From: Planctomycetota bacterium
Lineage (GTDB): Bacteria > Planctomycetota > UBA11346
DNA length: 36,605 nt
Direction of reading: 5' to 3'
NCBI GenBank assembly: GCA_038213315.1
Contig: JBBQTJ010000002.1
Coordinates: 1 to 36,605, forward strand
The position numbers were made by a program, and so were the translations under genes. Shown one piece after another: positions 35,396-36,605 of this stretch. Within the stretch, counting starts at the first letter, position 1. Each line of letters starts with the position of its first letter. Below the pieces are notes generated by a model, which worked only from the letters and a program-made list of their open reading frames with translations, did no database searches and was not told the origin of the DNA.

Positions 35396-36327
35396 TGCAG
35401 GCCCGGCTTTATGTGGTGGTCGGCGACAGCGTGCGCCTGCGGGACGAGGCCCAGCGTGGCCTGCTGTCCGGCTGGACCGGACCGGTGAAGCGCGTCCTGG
35501 ACCCGGACCTTGATCGCATCCTGATGGACCTGGACACACCCAGCTTCCTCGATCAGCCGGCAACCTGGGTGGTTCGCCTGGAAGACCGGATGCTGACCAA
35601 GCACCGTGCCGCCCTGGTGGCCGCCTGCACCATGCCGGCGGTGGCCGGCCATCTGCTGCTGATGGCTGATGAGCTGGATGCCCGCGATGCCCTGCGCAAG
35701 GCGGCCACCGCAGCCAAGGTGCTGGTCGACGCGGGATCACCCGACCCCAAGGAGATTGTCCCCTGGCTGGCCGGACGCATCACCAGCCTACCCGACCTGT
35801 GCAATGAGCCGGGCCGGGTCGCCACCACCCTCGTCGAACTGGTGGGCACCGAACCTGACGCCCTGCTATCGGCCCTGGAGACTGTCTTGGCCTGGTGCGG
35901 TACCGAGGCCCTCGCCGCCGCCGCCGTGCATACCGTGGTGGCCAGCACCGCCGAAAAGCCCATCTGGGAGCTGACCGGCGCCATTCTCGACGGACAAGTG
36001 AACAAGGCCCTGGCCCTTTTGGGTGGCCCGGCCGGCGACAAACCAGAGCAGGTCTTGTCCGCCTTGCTGGCTGAGATCCGCAAGCTGCTGGCCTGCTGCG
36101 AGACCCCGGATGATGCCCAGGCGGCCGCGTGGGCCGGTGCCAAGGGCAGGCCAAATCTGTTTCATGCCCGCAAGCGGGCCCGCCAACTGGGCAAGCAGAT
36201 CCTGGGTCGTTTGCTGGCCCTAGGGTCCCACACCCAGCGCCAATTGCGCACCAGTGGGGTTGATTCGGCCCTGGCCCTGGAACTGATGGTGCTTCACGCA
36301 CAGCGACTGGTGGCCAGCCGTTCTTGA
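35392..36327 (+). CDS. holA: DNA polymerase III delta subunit (divergent)
   Basis: YVVVGD..LRD, LDTPSFL, IWELTGAIL, QLRTSGVDSALALELMV; size fits. Confidence 0.75.
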   Translation: MMQARLYVVVGDSVRLRDEAQRGLLSGWTGPVKRVLDPDLDRILMDLDTPSFLDQPATWVVRLEDRMLTKHRAALVAACTMPAVAGHLLLMADELDARDALRKAATAAKVLVDAGSPDPKEIVPWLAGRITSLPDLCNEPGRVATTLVELVGTEPDALLSALETVLAWCGTEALAAAAVHTVVASTAEKPIWELTGAILDGQVNKALALLGGPAGDKPEQVLSALLAEIRKLLACCETPDDAQAAAWAGAKGRPNLFHARKRARQLGKQILGRLLALGSHTQRQLRTSGVDSALALELMVLHAQRLVASRS

Positions 36328-36384
36328 CGGAAAGCGGCTGGCGCCAGGACGCTTGCACCTATTTTCGACAGCCGGAAGTCGGCC

Positions 36385-36605
36385 ATGCATATCTTCTTCT
36401 GTGACATCTGCGGGGTGCGGGTGACGGATGTCGACCTGCGTGGCGGTCATGGCCTACGCCGCCGCCACCACGTCATCTGTCCAACCTGCCTGGATCTGGG
36501 CCACGGCAAAGAGTGGCTTGAGCGCCATCGCCAACGTCACCATGCCGTTGCCGCGTTCGACGGAACGCCCAGCGGCGCCGTCGCCCTGGCCGAGCCCGAA
36601 ATTCC
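36385..36605 (+). CDS. N-terminal Zn-finger (CxxC...CxxC) protein, 3'-partial
   Basis: Hand translation MHIFFCDICGVRVTDVDLRGGHGLRRRHHVICPTCLDLG..., open to the window edge. Confidence 0.75.
   Translation, partial: MHIFFCDICGVRVTDVDLRGGHGLRRRHHVICPTCLDLGHGKEWLERHRQRHHAVAAFDGTPSGAVALAEPEI

Overview
High-GC bacterial window in two halves. Left half (1-20230, minus strand): a tightly coupled operon of at least 19 genes encoding a head-less contractile phage-tail-like particle (eCIS/tailocin type), running off the left edge. Its structural core is a Mu gpN-like tube initiator, a 1076-aa helical tape-measure candidate, a terminator/cap-like protein, one sheath, one tube, a chaperone, separate gpD-like hub and gpV-like spike, a PAAR-like tip, gp25, and baseplate J and I. 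An unusual accessory module follows: two PASTA-containing proteins, a beta-rich putative carbohydrate-binding protein, a collagen-stalk fibre and a BNR/Asp-box beta-propeller that the ORF track missed. The operon starts beside a small divergent membrane-protein gene and the 3' end of tRNA-Leu(TAG). No capsid, terminase, integrase, AAA+ ATPase, T6SS membrane complex or recognisable lysis gene is in view. Right half (20852-36605): core-looking genes, namely an FHA-HATPase, leuC, leuD, a GAF/HD-GYP protein, a SixA-like phosphatase, phosphomannomutase, purL, a CNNM/CBS-PTS EIIA fusion, a plsC-like acyltransferase, lepB, lptB, holA and a partial Zn-finger gene. Their architectures suggest a Planctomycetota-like host (inference). 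All family calls come from motif recognition by eye, not database searches.
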